A stretch of DNA of 64,000 bases from an uncultured Nitrospiraceae bacterium (lineage in GTDB: Bacteria > Hydrogenedentota > Hydrogenedentia > Hydrogenedentales > SLHB01). The stretch covers positions 12,737-76,736 of the forward strand of contig CAZPMT010000007.1 of assembly GCA_964587655.1 (NCBI GenBank). The letters are read 5' to 3'. The notes below the pieces were generated by a model. It was given only the letters and a program-made list of their open reading frames with translations. It was not told where the DNA came from and searched no databases. A program made the position numbers and the translations under genes. Positions 27,353-36,900 of this stretch are shown one piece after another (the first letter of the stretch is position 1; every line of letters starts with the position of its first letter).

Positions 27353-28591
27353 TTAGATCCCTTGGCTCCTATTAGAGACGGAACCGCTACCCGATTTACG
27401 ATCGCAAGACATTTGCTTGAGCGGTGCGTCCGGGGAATGGTTCTGTGATTCCTCTTCGGGCGGCGGCGTGGGAGTCGAGGGGGCGAGCCAGCCTTTCCGG
27501 TAGAAGTAGAACAGCAGGCCGCCTGCCACGGAAAGCATTACAGACAGCGCGAACGGATAGCCCAGATACCATGTTAACTCGGGCATGTTAAGTGGCGAGA
27601 CTTCCGTATTGAAGTTCATCCCGTACAGCCCGGCGATGAAACCTAGCGGTATGAAGATGGTGGCGATGATCGTCAGGACTTTCATGACCTCGTTCATGTG
27701 GTTGCTGACGCTCGAAAGGTAGACGTCGGTCAGGCTCATCGCCAGTTCCCGGTAGATCTCGCTTAACTCGACCACCTGGACCACGTGGTCGTAGCAGTCC
27801 CGCAAATGAAGCTGCGTTTCGGGGGTGAACAGCGAGTCGGCGTCGCGAAGCATTACCTGCAGGGCGTCGCGCATCGGCCATACGATGCGGCGCAGGTCAA
27901 GCAAGTGGCGCTTTGTAGCGTGGAGACGGTGGATCGTGTCGCGCGTTGGCTGCGCGATCACCTCAGTCTCTAGTTTCTCGAGTTGTTCCCCGTACTCTTC
28001 GAGGACGGGGAAGTAGTAATCGACAATCGCGTCTATCAGGCAGTACAAGAGGTAATCCGCGCCGAGTTGGCGGAGGCGGCCCACCTTGTCGCGGACATGT
28101 TGGCGGATGATCTCGAAGCAATCTCCCGGCAGACCCTCCTGGAACGTTATCACGAAGCCCCGCCCCAGGAACATGCTGACCTGTTCCGTTTCCAGCTCGT
28201 CCGTGAACCGCGTCATCCGGCTAACGACGAAGATCTGGTCCTCGTATTCCTCGACCTTGGGCCGCTGATGGACGTTGAGGACGTCCTCGAGAGCGAGGCG
28301 ATGGAGGCCGAAGATCTCGCCGAGGATCTCAACGGTCTTTGCGTCTCCGAGTCCGTCCACGTTAATCCATGTGACCGGCCATTTTTCGAGGTAGGATCGT
28401 AAGGAGCGGAGGTCCGTGACTTCGGCCTCGACGAACTCGCCGGGACCGTACGCAAGAACGCGGACCTTGGGATGGGGCGCTTCCGGTTCGGCCCGCAGGG
28501 TCCCGGGCGGCGTCCCCGGCGGCGCGGAATGCCGCACAAATATGCGCCGGTGCTTGTGTCGAGCGTGATGTCTAGCCATGCCTCTTTCCAT
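27353..28591 (-). CDS. corA: magnesium/cobalt transporter CorA
   Basis: YGMNF (GMN) signature before the last TM helix and a typical CorA cytoplasmic domain. The start is chosen at ATG 28591 (or 28579) because the longer ORF overlaps an upstream terminator and gene. Confidence 0.88.
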   Translation of the reverse strand: MERGMARHHARHKHRRIFVRHSAPPGTPPGTLRAEPEAPHPKVRVLAYGPGEFVEAEVTDLRSLRSYLEKWPVTWINVDGLGDAKTVEILGEIFGLHRLALEDVLNVHQRPKVEEYEDQIFVVSRMTRFTDELETEQVSMFLGRGFVITFQEGLPGDCFEIIRQHVRDKVGRLRQLGADYLLYCLIDAIVDYYFPVLEEYGEQLEKLETEVIAQPTRDTIHRLHATKRHLLDLRRIVWPMRDALQVMLRDADSLFTPETQLHLRDCYDHVVQVVELSEIYRELAMSLTDVYLSSVSNHMNEVMKVLTIIATIFIPLGFIAGLYGMNFNTEVSPLNMPELTWYLGYPFALSVMLSVAGGLLFYFYRKGWLAPSTPTPPPEEESQNHSPDAPLKQMSCDRKSGSGSVSNRSQGI

Positions 28592-28628
28592 CCTGAACTT
28601 CCGGAGGTAGCACCTGCAATCGGCAAAT

Positions 28629-28652
28629 GTGGAAGCGGCGTCCTCGCCGCTT
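28629..28652 (-). repeat. copy 1 of a conserved 24-nt hairpin (AAGCGGCG-AGGA-CGCCGCTT-CCAC)
   Basis: Matches 36756-36779 on the + strand at 23 of 24 positions. The only difference is in the loop. Confidence 0.75.
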
Positions 28653-28660
28653 TTCGGCAG

Positions 28661-28688
28661 CACAATAAGCGCGACGAGGACGTCGCGC
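28661..28688 (-). terminator. probable intrinsic terminator after the FAH-family gene
   Basis: The minus strand reads GCGCGACG-TCCT-CGTCGCGC (8-bp stem) followed by TTATTGTG, 10 nt after the stop at 28698. Confidence 0.5.
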
Positions 28689-28697
28689 CTACGATTG

Positions 28698-29507
28698 CTA
28701 CTTGCCGGCGCTTCCAACGACGGGATTCGACAGGCAGCCGATTCCCTCAATCTCAATGGTCACCACGTCGCCGGGACGCAACGTGAGTTTCGGGGTGCGC
28801 GCCCACCCGATGCCTTCCGGCGTACCGGTCATGATCACGGTGCGCGGCAACAGCGTCGTGTCTTGCGAGAGGAAACTGATCAGCGTCGCGACGTCGAAGA
28901 TCATGTTCGAGGTCTTTCCGTGCTGCACTTCCATCCCGTTGCGTTTGGTGATGAGCGTCAGGCGCGACGGATCGCGTATTTCGTCCGGCGTCACGAGCAC
29001 GGGCCCCATCGGCGCAAACGTGTCGAAGCTCTTCCCGCGACACCACTGCGAGCCGCCCTTCTTTTCCTGCCAGATACGCGCCGACACGTCGTGCCCAATC
29101 GTGCAGCCGAGCACGCAATCGAGGGCCTTCTCTTTGGGCACGTCTCGCGCGGGCTTTCCGAGCACGACGACAAGTTCGCCCTCGAAATCCACTTCGTCCT
29201 CACAGACCTTCGGCAGCCGTATCGGCTCCTCGTGGCCGATGGCGGCATTCGGGTTCTTCATGAACAGGATCGGGTAGTCCGGCGGCGGGGCGCCGCCCTC
29301 GGCGGCATGCGCGGCGTAGTTCCGTCCAATGCAGAGAATCGCCACCGGCGGGACCGGCGGCAGCCATCGTTTGGGCTTTACGATCTCATCCGTCGCGACG
29401 AGATTGCCTGCGATGGGATCGCCATCGGCGCGAAGCAGTCGTCCGTCCGGTTGCGCAACGGCCCACGTTACGACCCCGTCGTTCATCTCGATGCGGGCAA
29501 TCTTCAT
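28698..29507 (-). CDS. fumarylacetoacetate hydrolase (FAH) family protein
   Basis: Starts MKIARIEM.... Family-typical IGRNYAAHAAE, FEGELVVVLGK and GTPEGIG motifs. Confidence 0.85.
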   Translation of the reverse strand: MKIARIEMNDGVVTWAVAQPDGRLLRADGDPIAGNLVATDEIVKPKRWLPPVPPVAILCIGRNYAAHAAEGGAPPPDYPILFMKNPNAAIGHEEPIRLPKVCEDEVDFEGELVVVLGKPARDVPKEKALDCVLGCTIGHDVSARIWQEKKGGSQWCRGKSFDTFAPMGPVLVTPDEIRDPSRLTLITKRNGMEVQHGKTSNMIFDVATLISFLSQDTTLLPRTVIMTGTPEGIGWARTPKLTLRPGDVVTIEIEGIGCLSNPVVGSAGK

Positions 29508-29647
29508 TTTCCTTACTCCCAACGCGGCACGGCCGCAATTCCATGGCCAGGGGTGCGTTTACTTCTCAGCCAATCGCCTCGGATATGGTACACGACGGGT
29601 GCGCCTTTCGCGAGTCTGACAACAACCAGCGACTTTGCAGCCAGCCA

Positions 29648-30595
29648 TTACTTTCGGTGAGCGGGGCGCTGGCGACGGATCTGATCGAGATGCTCGCAAA
29701 TCTGATCCCGTAGATCCGGTTCCAGGTCGTTCACGAGCAAGAGTGATTCCAATCGCAATTCGGCTTCCGAGTAACGCTGCACCGCGGAGAGAATCCGGGC
29801 TGCGGCGAGCTTCCCATAGTGAAACCGCGGGTTAACTCCGGCGCATCGTTCCAATGCCGCCAAGGCGTCGTCGATTCTCCGTTGCCTGAGCATCACGTCG
29901 GCCAGTTGCACGGCGATCGCCCCGTCTTCCGGCGCGAGCGCGCAGGCGTCCGCCAGATTCACGGCAGCCTCTTCGATCCCGCCGCGAGAGATAGCCAGCG
30001 TTGCGGCTTGGCAAAGTCCTTCGACGCGCTGTTCCTTGGGACAATCCTTGGGACAGTAAAAGACACCGTACCGAGCGCCGGACAGCGCCCGGAACTCCTG
30101 GAAGCGGTTCGGATACGCAAGGAAATCCTCGCATTCCCATTGGCTGCGATGCAGTTCGCCTGGATTGCCGTGAACCACCCCATGCTCCCATCCATCCCCG
30201 AGAGGGATGTTCACGAGAAGCGCTTTCCGCGCCTTCTCATACAGGATCCGCAACACGGTTCTTCCGTCATCCTTGTCGAGGTGCTCGATCACGTCACCGG
30301 CTATGATGAGGTCATAGCAGTCAAGGGCGGGCGCGGCCTCACGAATGTCCGCTATCGAGATCCTGTCGTAAAGCGCCCGCTGATGTGCCTGAATGTACGG
30401 CTCAAACAGTTCGAGGCCATCGATGCGTATCCGCCAGTCCCGCGGCTGGACTCGCTCCGCCATCGCGTCAAGATACATGCGGCAGAGGAATCCCCAAAGC
30501 CCGAAGCCGCAACCCACATCCAGTACCGAACGCGGTGCGCAAGTCAGGATCAGCGCGACGCAATAGCTTATATGTCCTGATGTGCTTACCGGCAC
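29648..30595 (-). CDS. class I SAM-dependent methyltransferase with C-terminal TPR-like region
   Basis: Motif I VLDVGCGFGLWG, then DLIIAGDVIEHL. The C-terminal helical repeats are TPR-like. Confidence 0.7.
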   Translation of the reverse strand: MPVSTSGHISYCVALILTCAPRSVLDVGCGFGLWGFLCRMYLDAMAERVQPRDWRIRIDGLELFEPYIQAHQRALYDRISIADIREAAPALDCYDLIIAGDVIEHLDKDDGRTVLRILYEKARKALLVNIPLGDGWEHGVVHGNPGELHRSQWECEDFLAYPNRFQEFRALSGARYGVFYCPKDCPKEQRVEGLCQAATLAISRGGIEEAAVNLADACALAPEDGAIAVQLADVMLRQRRIDDALAALERCAGVNPRFHYGKLAAARILSAVQRYSEAELRLESLLLVNDLEPDLRDQICEHLDQIRRQRPAHRK

Positions 30596-30747
30596 TGGAC
30601 TCGCTTTCGATCAAGATGCCTCGCCCAACTCCAGCCAAGTATATGGCGCGGGGCGGTTGTTTCTCCAGACTCACCCGCGTGAATCGACATCCGGTGACAG
30701 CTTATAATAGGTGAAGTTTAGTCGCATTTCGACAGGCGGGAATTCGA

Positions 30748-31446
30748 TTGGAAGTCAAGGCATTTAGAAAAGCCTTTTGGGCACAATTCAAAGGCGCTGA
30801 CCGGAACAGGCCATGCTATGCCTATTGGGATCCATTCGTAATTCACGAGATGGATCCCTGTCCCGATGTCGAAGGCATGATCTCCATTAAGAATCAACAG
30901 CTTCTGAATCTGGCCTTCCGCTTTATCGGCAAGGGCGAGTGCTACCTCGAAGTCGGCACATACAAAGGCAAGAGCCTCATTTCGGCCATGATCAAGAACC
31001 CCCTTGTCCCGGTCTTCGCCTGCGACAATTTCTCGGAGTTCCCCGGCAACGAATTCGAGACTACCTTGGCCAATCTGCGCCGCTACGGCCTGGAAGACAA
31101 GGTCACGTTCTACTCGTGTGATTTTCTGGAAGTATACCGCCCCGAGAAACTGCCCATTCCCGTCGGCCTCTATTTCTACGATGCGGCCCATGAAGAGGAG
31201 CCCCAGTACCTCGCCATCAAGAAAGTAGAACCCTATCTGGCCGACGAGGCATTGGTCATCGTTGACGATTGGCTCTATACGCCCGATTGTCCCTCCTACG
31301 CCAAGGCCGGCACCTTGCGCGCCGTCAAGGAATCCCGCAACCAATGGGACCTCATGTATGAGCTCCCCGCCCGATTCAATGGCGACCGCGCCATGTGGTG
31401 GAACGGTCTCGGCGTTCTCTCCTTTCGAAGAGTGCGTGGCGAATAG
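30748..31446 (+). CDS. class I SAM-dependent methyltransferase (TylF/Methyltransf_24-like)
   Basis: YLEVGTYKGKSL, FYDAAHEEEP and ALVIVDDW motifs. TTG start is uncertain. Somewhat lower G+C than its neighbours. Confidence 0.65.
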   Translation: MEVKAFRKAFWAQFKGADRNRPCYAYWDPFVIHEMDPCPDVEGMISIKNQQLLNLAFRFIGKGECYLEVGTYKGKSLISAMIKNPLVPVFACDNFSEFPGNEFETTLANLRRYGLEDKVTFYSCDFLEVYRPEKLPIPVGLYFYDAAHEEEPQYLAIKKVEPYLADEALVIVDDWLYTPDCPSYAKAGTLRAVKESRNQWDLMYELPARFNGDRAMWWNGLGVLSFRRVRGE

Positions 31447-31559
31447 CCGGAGACTGACTGCCATCTAGAGGCCCGGCCAGAAAGACCGGTTTTGGGGCTT
31501 CGCGGGGATATTTCAAACTCCATGTCAAGGCCCTTCAGGGCTGGATGTACAAACTCCAT

Positions 31560-31584
31560 GGGGCGGTTTTTCCAAAACCGCCCC
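31560..31584. terminator. bidirectional hairpin terminator between convergent genes
   Basis: GGGGCGGTTTT-TCC-AAAACCGCCCC is a perfect 11-bp stem whose A/T runs form its inner (loop-proximal) base pairs. It lies between the stops at 31446 (+) and 31594 (-). Confidence 0.65.
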
Positions 31585-31593
31585 CCGTCGCGG

Positions 31594-33054
31594 CTATCTT
31601 GACAGAAACCCTTTCTCCGGGTTAGGCGCCGGCACATAGGTGTGTGGCGTCGTGTCGGGGACGACTCGGACCGGGGTCGTGAAGGTGAACGGAGCGCCGG
31701 CCGGACCGTTGAAGGTGAGCTCCACCATGAATGCCGTCCAACCGTTTGCCGGCGTCGAAACGTGTCCCACGTAAACACCGCCGCCCTGGTCGGCGAGGTC
31801 GGAGGATGTCCACGCCTCGCCTATCGTGTCCTTGCGGAAGTCTCGCGCGTCCGGGTTGGTGGCCTGCCACAGTTTGATCGCCGTGGGCTTGTCCGGCGTT
31901 TCCGCGCGGGTTGTTTCCGCGTCGGGGAAGGTCCATTTGTATTGCGGGATCGCGGTTCCCTGCGAGATCGCGCTGAAGAAGGACAAGACGCTCTCCACGG
32001 CGCTGAGATTAAGCCCGTGGTCGGTATTGGGAATCGAGCGCAGGTCCTTTGGACCTTTCAGATCGTCGAAATAGAACTTCCACGAATCCGGCAGGAAGAA
32101 CTGATCCCCGCACGAGGTGAGGACGAGTTTTGGCATGGTCAGGCGATCGACGTAGCTGTAGGGCTCGACGATCTTCATGAGCGCGGCATATTCGGGCGTC
32201 TCCATCCGCTCCATGATTCCCATCTTTACATAGTCGTAGACCGCCGGCGCCCAGAAGCCGTAGACCGCCCAGTGATGACGGAAGGACGGGATGATATTCA
32301 GCAGATCGATCACCATGGGTGCGATGCCGATAACGCGGTTGTCGACCGCCGCCGTGGTCCACGTTGTCCACCCGCGCTTCGACGCGCCGGTCACGACAAA
32401 GGACTCGACCTTGTGCGACCCGCCCTCGTTGGACGCGCAGAAGGTTTGCACCGTGTCCATGGCGCGGACAACGGCCTTCGTCATCGGGAGGCGGAGCGGC
32501 CATTCTTCGTCGCCAGTGCGCATGAACTTGTCCCACGTGTAGGCGATGATGCTGTCTTCCGAACGGCGGATCTTGTCATCGGAGAACGTCAATGGTTCAT
32601 TCGGGATGTTGCTGATCTCCGCCGTAACGGCGCTCGCCGCCGAGGCAATCAGACGCAGCCTTGCGTCATCTTTGGGGGGCTGATCCTTGTTGCTGCCACC
32701 GCCGATAATCATTAGCGCGGTCTTGGACGTCACGTTCTTGGGAACGACGATCGTGAGCCAGTGCTTCCACACGGGCCGGTCGACTTCCTCGGGCTTGCGC
32801 CACGTCTGGGAGGTCAGATCGATGACGTAGCACGTGGAATCGTGGCCGGGAATCGTGTTCACGAGTTGGTGCGCATAGGTTGGGTCCGGCTTCGCCACGT
32901 AACGGTCGAGAGCGGTGGTTTTCACCGTTTCGCGGGCCGTGGTCACGGCGGCGTCTCCGGCGGCCGCATGGGCGTATCCGGCCACGAACGCCAAACCCAG
33001 CAAGAGAGTCACAGCCAGAAGGTGGAAGCGGAGATTAGTGTTATTGCATTTCAT
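31594..33054 (-). CDS. PhoPQ-activated pathogenicity-related (PqaA-type) secreted hydrolase-like protein
   Basis: ATG 33054 with GGAGGAG RBS gives the signal peptide MKCNNTNLRFHLLAVTLLLGLAFVAGYAHA. The mature part (LDRYVAKPDPTYAHQLV...WKHWLTIVVP...) matches my recollection of this family. Confidence 0.7.
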   Translation of the reverse strand: MKCNNTNLRFHLLAVTLLLGLAFVAGYAHAAAGDAAVTTARETVKTTALDRYVAKPDPTYAHQLVNTIPGHDSTCYVIDLTSQTWRKPEEVDRPVWKHWLTIVVPKNVTSKTALMIIGGGSNKDQPPKDDARLRLIASAASAVTAEISNIPNEPLTFSDDKIRRSEDSIIAYTWDKFMRTGDEEWPLRLPMTKAVVRAMDTVQTFCASNEGGSHKVESFVVTGASKRGWTTWTTAAVDNRVIGIAPMVIDLLNIIPSFRHHWAVYGFWAPAVYDYVKMGIMERMETPEYAALMKIVEPYSYVDRLTMPKLVLTSCGDQFFLPDSWKFYFDDLKGPKDLRSIPNTDHGLNLSAVESVLSFFSAISQGTAIPQYKWTFPDAETTRAETPDKPTAIKLWQATNPDARDFRKDTIGEAWTSSDLADQGGGVYVGHVSTPANGWTAFMVELTFNGPAGAPFTFTTPVRVVPDTTPHTYVPAPNPEKGFLSR

Positions 33055-33151
33055 CGTCGTACTCCTCCGATACGCGCGCAAGGCTTCGGCGCGCGAGATA
33101 CAGGGCCTTTTCCCGGCCATCTTGGCCGTTCTTTGACCGTCTTCGTGCTGA

Positions 33152-33229
33152 ATCAGTTTCACGCGCGCGGGCCGTTGGACGAGCACGGACGAACACGGAC
33201 GGGCACTGACGATCAGTTTCACGCGCGCG
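33152..33229. repeat. two 18-nt identical direct repeats (ATCAGTTTCACGCGCGCG) 60 bp apart
   Basis: Copies at 33152-33169 and 33212-33229, with similar downstream GG(C/T)CGTTG. They lie in the divergent intergenic region between the PqaA-like and enoyl-CoA hydratase genes. Confidence 0.8.
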
Positions 33230-33369
33230 CGGGTCGTTGCCTCTCTGGAAGGTTGCCGATTGCGCTCTGGCGGGGGGGTGTGAAACAATCGCCGTTGTGC
33301 GCACCCAAAGACCGGACCCCGGGCAGAGTCTGCCCCAAACATGGGCGTGTATCGACGGAGGATCGCAAG

Positions 33370-34167
33370 ATGGCGGAAACGTTTGCAGTGGCGATAGAGA
33401 ATCATGTTGCGCAGGTGACGCTGAACCGTCCCGAGACGTACAACGCGCTGGGCCCCGACGAGCTTTGCGGCCTGGCGCGGAATTTCACCGCTATGGCGGT
33501 GGACACATCCGTGCGCGGAGTCGTGATCACCGGCGCGGGCAAGGCGTTCTGCTCCGGCGCGGACCTCAAGGGCTTGATCAAGGATCCCACCAAGGCATCC
33601 GAGAATCTATACACATTCGCCGCCGTGCTGCATCAGTCCGTCCTCGAGATCCGGCGGATGCGGAAACCGGTCATCGCCGCCATCAACGGCGTGGCGGCGG
33701 GCGCGGGCATGTCGCTGGCGCTTGCGTGCGACTTCCGCGTCATGGCCAAGTCGGCAGTACTGCGGCAGGCGTACACCTCCTGGGGGTTGTGCATCGACGG
33801 CGGCGGCACGTTTGCGCTGCCACGCCTCGTCGGGTTGGCGCGCGCACTCGAAATCGCGGCGTTTGATCCCCCAATAACATCCGAAATGGCGCTCCAATGG
33901 GGCCTGGTGACAAAGGTCGTCGAAGACGGTCAAGCCCTCGATGCGGCCCTCGCCATGGCGCGCGACCTGGCCGAACGCTCGATGCACTCCTTCGGCCTGA
34001 GCAAGCAATTGCTGACCGATTCATTCACGACGCCGCTCGAGGTCCAGCTCGAACGCGAACGCATCGGCGTATCCACCTGCGGAGGCCACCCAGACGGCCT
34101 CGAAGGCATGATGGCCTTCGCCTTCAAACGCAAACCCTCATACAACAAAGACGGCGGCGGATCGTGA
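33370..34167 (+). CDS. enoyl-CoA hydratase/isomerase family protein
   Basis: Internal ATG 33370 gives MAETFAVAIENHVAQVTLNRPETYNAL. Crotonase motifs GAGKAFCSGADLK and AAINGVAAGAG are present. Confidence 0.9.
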   Translation: MAETFAVAIENHVAQVTLNRPETYNALGPDELCGLARNFTAMAVDTSVRGVVITGAGKAFCSGADLKGLIKDPTKASENLYTFAAVLHQSVLEIRRMRKPVIAAINGVAAGAGMSLALACDFRVMAKSAVLRQAYTSWGLCIDGGGTFALPRLVGLARALEIAAFDPPITSEMALQWGLVTKVVEDGQALDAALAMARDLAERSMHSFGLSKQLLTDSFTTPLEVQLERERIGVSTCGGHPDGLEGMMAFAFKRKPSYNKDGGGS

Positions 34168-34253
34168 TCGTAGACGAGCGATGGCGTCGTCACGCACTTG
34201 CGATCCGGGCGGGTGAACACATATCCTGGAATAAACTGGAGGAGGGATGAGCC

Positions 34254-35513
34254 ATGTCCGCGGTATTGGGGATACTTGCCATTTCTTTAGCCGCTAGCCT
34301 GAATGACACACTCGACGCGTTTCCGATCGGGTTCTGGAACTACGCGCCGATCGAGGTCTTTGATGAGGCTAAGGTCCAGGAGTGGGCCGACGCGGGAATA
34401 ACGCTCACGATGGGGCCCGAGTATGCCGTCACGCCGGAGAACGTTGCGCATATGAAGAGGATCCTGGACTGGGCCCAGGCGCGGAAGATCAAGGTCATCA
34501 TCTGCGACCCGCGCACGCGCGCCGGGGGTGCGTTACCGAAGGACTATTCCGCCCTTGTCGCGCAGGCGGCCAAAGATTTCGGCTCGCACGCCGCGACGTT
34601 CGGTTTCCATATCCTCGACGAGCCGGGCAAGGAGGACTTCCCGGGCACGTGCGACGGGGTCCGTATTACGAAGAACGCCGCGCCGCAACTGCACCCGTTC
34701 GTGAACCTGCTGCCGTGGCACCCCGGGGGATACAAGCGCGTGGGCTATGACGATTGGCAAACGTATCTCGATGATTTTCTCAAGAAGTCCGGCGCGGATT
34801 TTCTCTGCTACGACTGCTACTATCAGATGCTCCCGGAGAAGTCGGGCTGGCCGATGTATTTCCGGAACCTGACCGAATACGGGAATGCGGCGAGGCGCAA
34901 CGGCGTGCCGTTCTGGAATACGATCCTCTCGGTGGCCCACTTCCACTACAAGTGTCCGAATGAGGACGACATCCGGTGGCAGTTCAACACGTCCATTGCG
35001 TACGGCGCCCAGGGCATCCTCTATTTCTTCTTCTACATGCGGCAGCAGGATAGCAACGCCCGCCTGGCGCCTATCGACGAGTTTTGGGATCGGACGCCGA
35101 CCTTCGATTCGCTGAAGCGGACGAACAAAGGGTTCATAAAACGGTACGGACGGTTGTTCCTCGACCTCAGTCTGCGTAAGGCGATGCAATATCCGGAGCC
35201 TATATTGGGCTGCGACCCGTTTGAGCCTGACGATCTCATCAAGGACGTGCAGGCCGACTCAAGACGACCGCTCATCGTTTCGCGCTTTACGGACAAGCAG
35301 GATCGCCCGTGGGTTGTCCTCGTCAACAACAGCACTACCGAAAGCGCGCTCGCAACGCTGACGTTCAACGGAGCGAACACGGCGTTGCATCAACTCGATT
35401 GGAAGAATCAGGAAGCCGCCGTGAAGGTCGAGACAGGCGAGGGCTGCGTAAAGATCTCGCCCTGGCTTGCGCCCGGCCAGATGGAGGTCTACCGGGTGGC
35501 GCAGGCGAAGTGA
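34254..35513 (+). CDS. hypothetical protein, possibly a TIM-barrel glycoside-hydrolase-like enzyme
   Basis: 419-aa ORF with a strong GGAGGAGGG RBS and coding-like composition. The only functional hint is a weak resemblance to GH42-like N-terminal barrels. Confidence 0.45.
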   Translation: MSAVLGILAISLAASLNDTLDAFPIGFWNYAPIEVFDEAKVQEWADAGITLTMGPEYAVTPENVAHMKRILDWAQARKIKVIICDPRTRAGGALPKDYSALVAQAAKDFGSHAATFGFHILDEPGKEDFPGTCDGVRITKNAAPQLHPFVNLLPWHPGGYKRVGYDDWQTYLDDFLKKSGADFLCYDCYYQMLPEKSGWPMYFRNLTEYGNAARRNGVPFWNTILSVAHFHYKCPNEDDIRWQFNTSIAYGAQGILYFFFYMRQQDSNARLAPIDEFWDRTPTFDSLKRTNKGFIKRYGRLFLDLSLRKAMQYPEPILGCDPFEPDDLIKDVQADSRRPLIVSRFTDKQDRPWVVLVNNSTTESALATLTFNGANTALHQLDWKNQEAAVKVETGEGCVKISPWLAPGQMEVYRVAQAK

Positions 35514-35530
35514 GATGCCGCAACTACGCT

Positions 35531-36730
35531 ATGTCTGACCTCTGCCCACACTTCGGCGAGTGCGGCGGCTGCCGCTCGCAGGACGTGCCATACGACGAGC
35601 AACTCGCGCGGAAGAGCGCCGCGTTACAGGACCTGTTCTCGCCCTTCTGGCGGGACCCGATCCCCGTGGAACCGTCTCCGCTGATCTGGCGCTACCGCAA
35701 CAAGGTCGACTTCAGCTTCTCCCGCAAGTTCTACCCAGAGCCGCCCCCGAAGGATTTTGACCGCGAGTCCGTGTTGGGTTTCAAGACAAAGGGCCGATGG
35801 TTCCGCCCGCTCGAGATCCTCGAGTGCCGCATCGGGCCGGAAGGACTTGATCCCTTGCTGGCCTCCGTCCGCGAGTGGATGCTCTCTCAGCGGCTCGACG
35901 CATTCGACTCGCGCACGCGCAGAGGTTTCCTCCGCGCGTTACTGGTGCGTGAAGGCAAACGCACAGCGCAACGATTGGTCGCACTGATCACGACCGACGG
36001 CGAGTTGGACAAGGAAAGCTTTGTCGCGGCGGTCCTTGAATCGTATCCGGCCACGAGCATCCACCGCGGCGTCTTCCGGGGCCTTGCCGATGTCACGACG
36101 GCCGAGGAAACGGAACTTCTCTTCGGCACGCCAACCATCGACGAGTGTCTGCGCGTCCCCGGCGCCGCAGGGAATCGCGAACTCCGATTTCGGTTGTCTC
36201 CGTTCAGCTTCTTTCAGACCAACACCCTCGGCGCGGAGATTCTGTACGGCATGATCCGGGCGTGGGTGAAGGAAGTCGAGCCCAAGATCCTCTACGATTT
36301 GTATGGCGGCGCCGGAGGCATCGCCTTCAGTTGCAGCGATCTGGTCGAAGAAGTGTTCTCGGTGGAAAGCGTCGCCTCCGCCACGGAAGACGGCATCCAC
36401 AACGCGCGCGTCAACGAGATCGGCAACGTCCACTTCGCTGCCGCAAAGGTTGAAACGTACCTCAAGACGCTGCTTGAGTCCGGAGACCTTCCGGCCGACA
36501 GCGCGGCGGTTGTTGATCCTCCACGGGCGGGGATGCATCCCAAAGCCCTTCGCCGCCTAATCGAATTGCGTCCAACCAACGTCATGTATGTCTCATGCAA
36601 GCCCAGCTTGTTGGCCGCGGAACTGCCCGCTTTTCTGGAAGCCTACCAGCTTAGCAGTCTTCATGCCGTGGATTTGTTCCCGCATACCGATCACGTCGAA
36701 TTGATGGCCTGTCTGTCTACGGCGAGGTAA
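35531..36730 (+). CDS. RumA/TrmA-family RNA (uracil-5-)-methyltransferase
   Basis: N-terminal Fe-S Cys cluster CPHFGECGGCRSQ, SAM motif LYDLYGGAGGIAF, and catalytic DPPRAGMH and YVSCKP motifs. Confidence 0.85.
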   Translation: MSDLCPHFGECGGCRSQDVPYDEQLARKSAALQDLFSPFWRDPIPVEPSPLIWRYRNKVDFSFSRKFYPEPPPKDFDRESVLGFKTKGRWFRPLEILECRIGPEGLDPLLASVREWMLSQRLDAFDSRTRRGFLRALLVREGKRTAQRLVALITTDGELDKESFVAAVLESYPATSIHRGVFRGLADVTTAEETELLFGTPTIDECLRVPGAAGNRELRFRLSPFSFFQTNTLGAEILYGMIRAWVKEVEPKILYDLYGGAGGIAFSCSDLVEEVFSVESVASATEDGIHNARVNEIGNVHFAAAKVETYLKTLLESGDLPADSAAVVDPPRAGMHPKALRRLIELRPTNVMYVSCKPSLLAAELPAFLEAYQLSSLHAVDLFPHTDHVELMACLSTAR

Positions 36731-36755
36731 TCCGCTGTCGCGCGAGGAAAGGACC

Positions 36756-36779
36756 AAGCGGCGAGGGCGCCGCTTCCAC
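36756..36779 (+). repeat. copy 2 of the conserved 24-nt hairpin (AAGCGGCG-AGGG-CGCCGCTT-CCAC)
   Basis: Lies 26 nt after the methyltransferase stop. Matches the minus-strand copy at 28629-28652 at 23 of 24 positions. Confidence 0.75.
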
Positions 36780-36900
36780 GGTTCCACGGGTGAGCGGAGA
36801 CCTTGATCCGACGGATCGGACAGATCGGACGGATGGGATTGCTTGCGCGGGCGATTATGAGCCCAATCCAAGAGGCGTTCCCTGTGCTATACTTTCGCGC

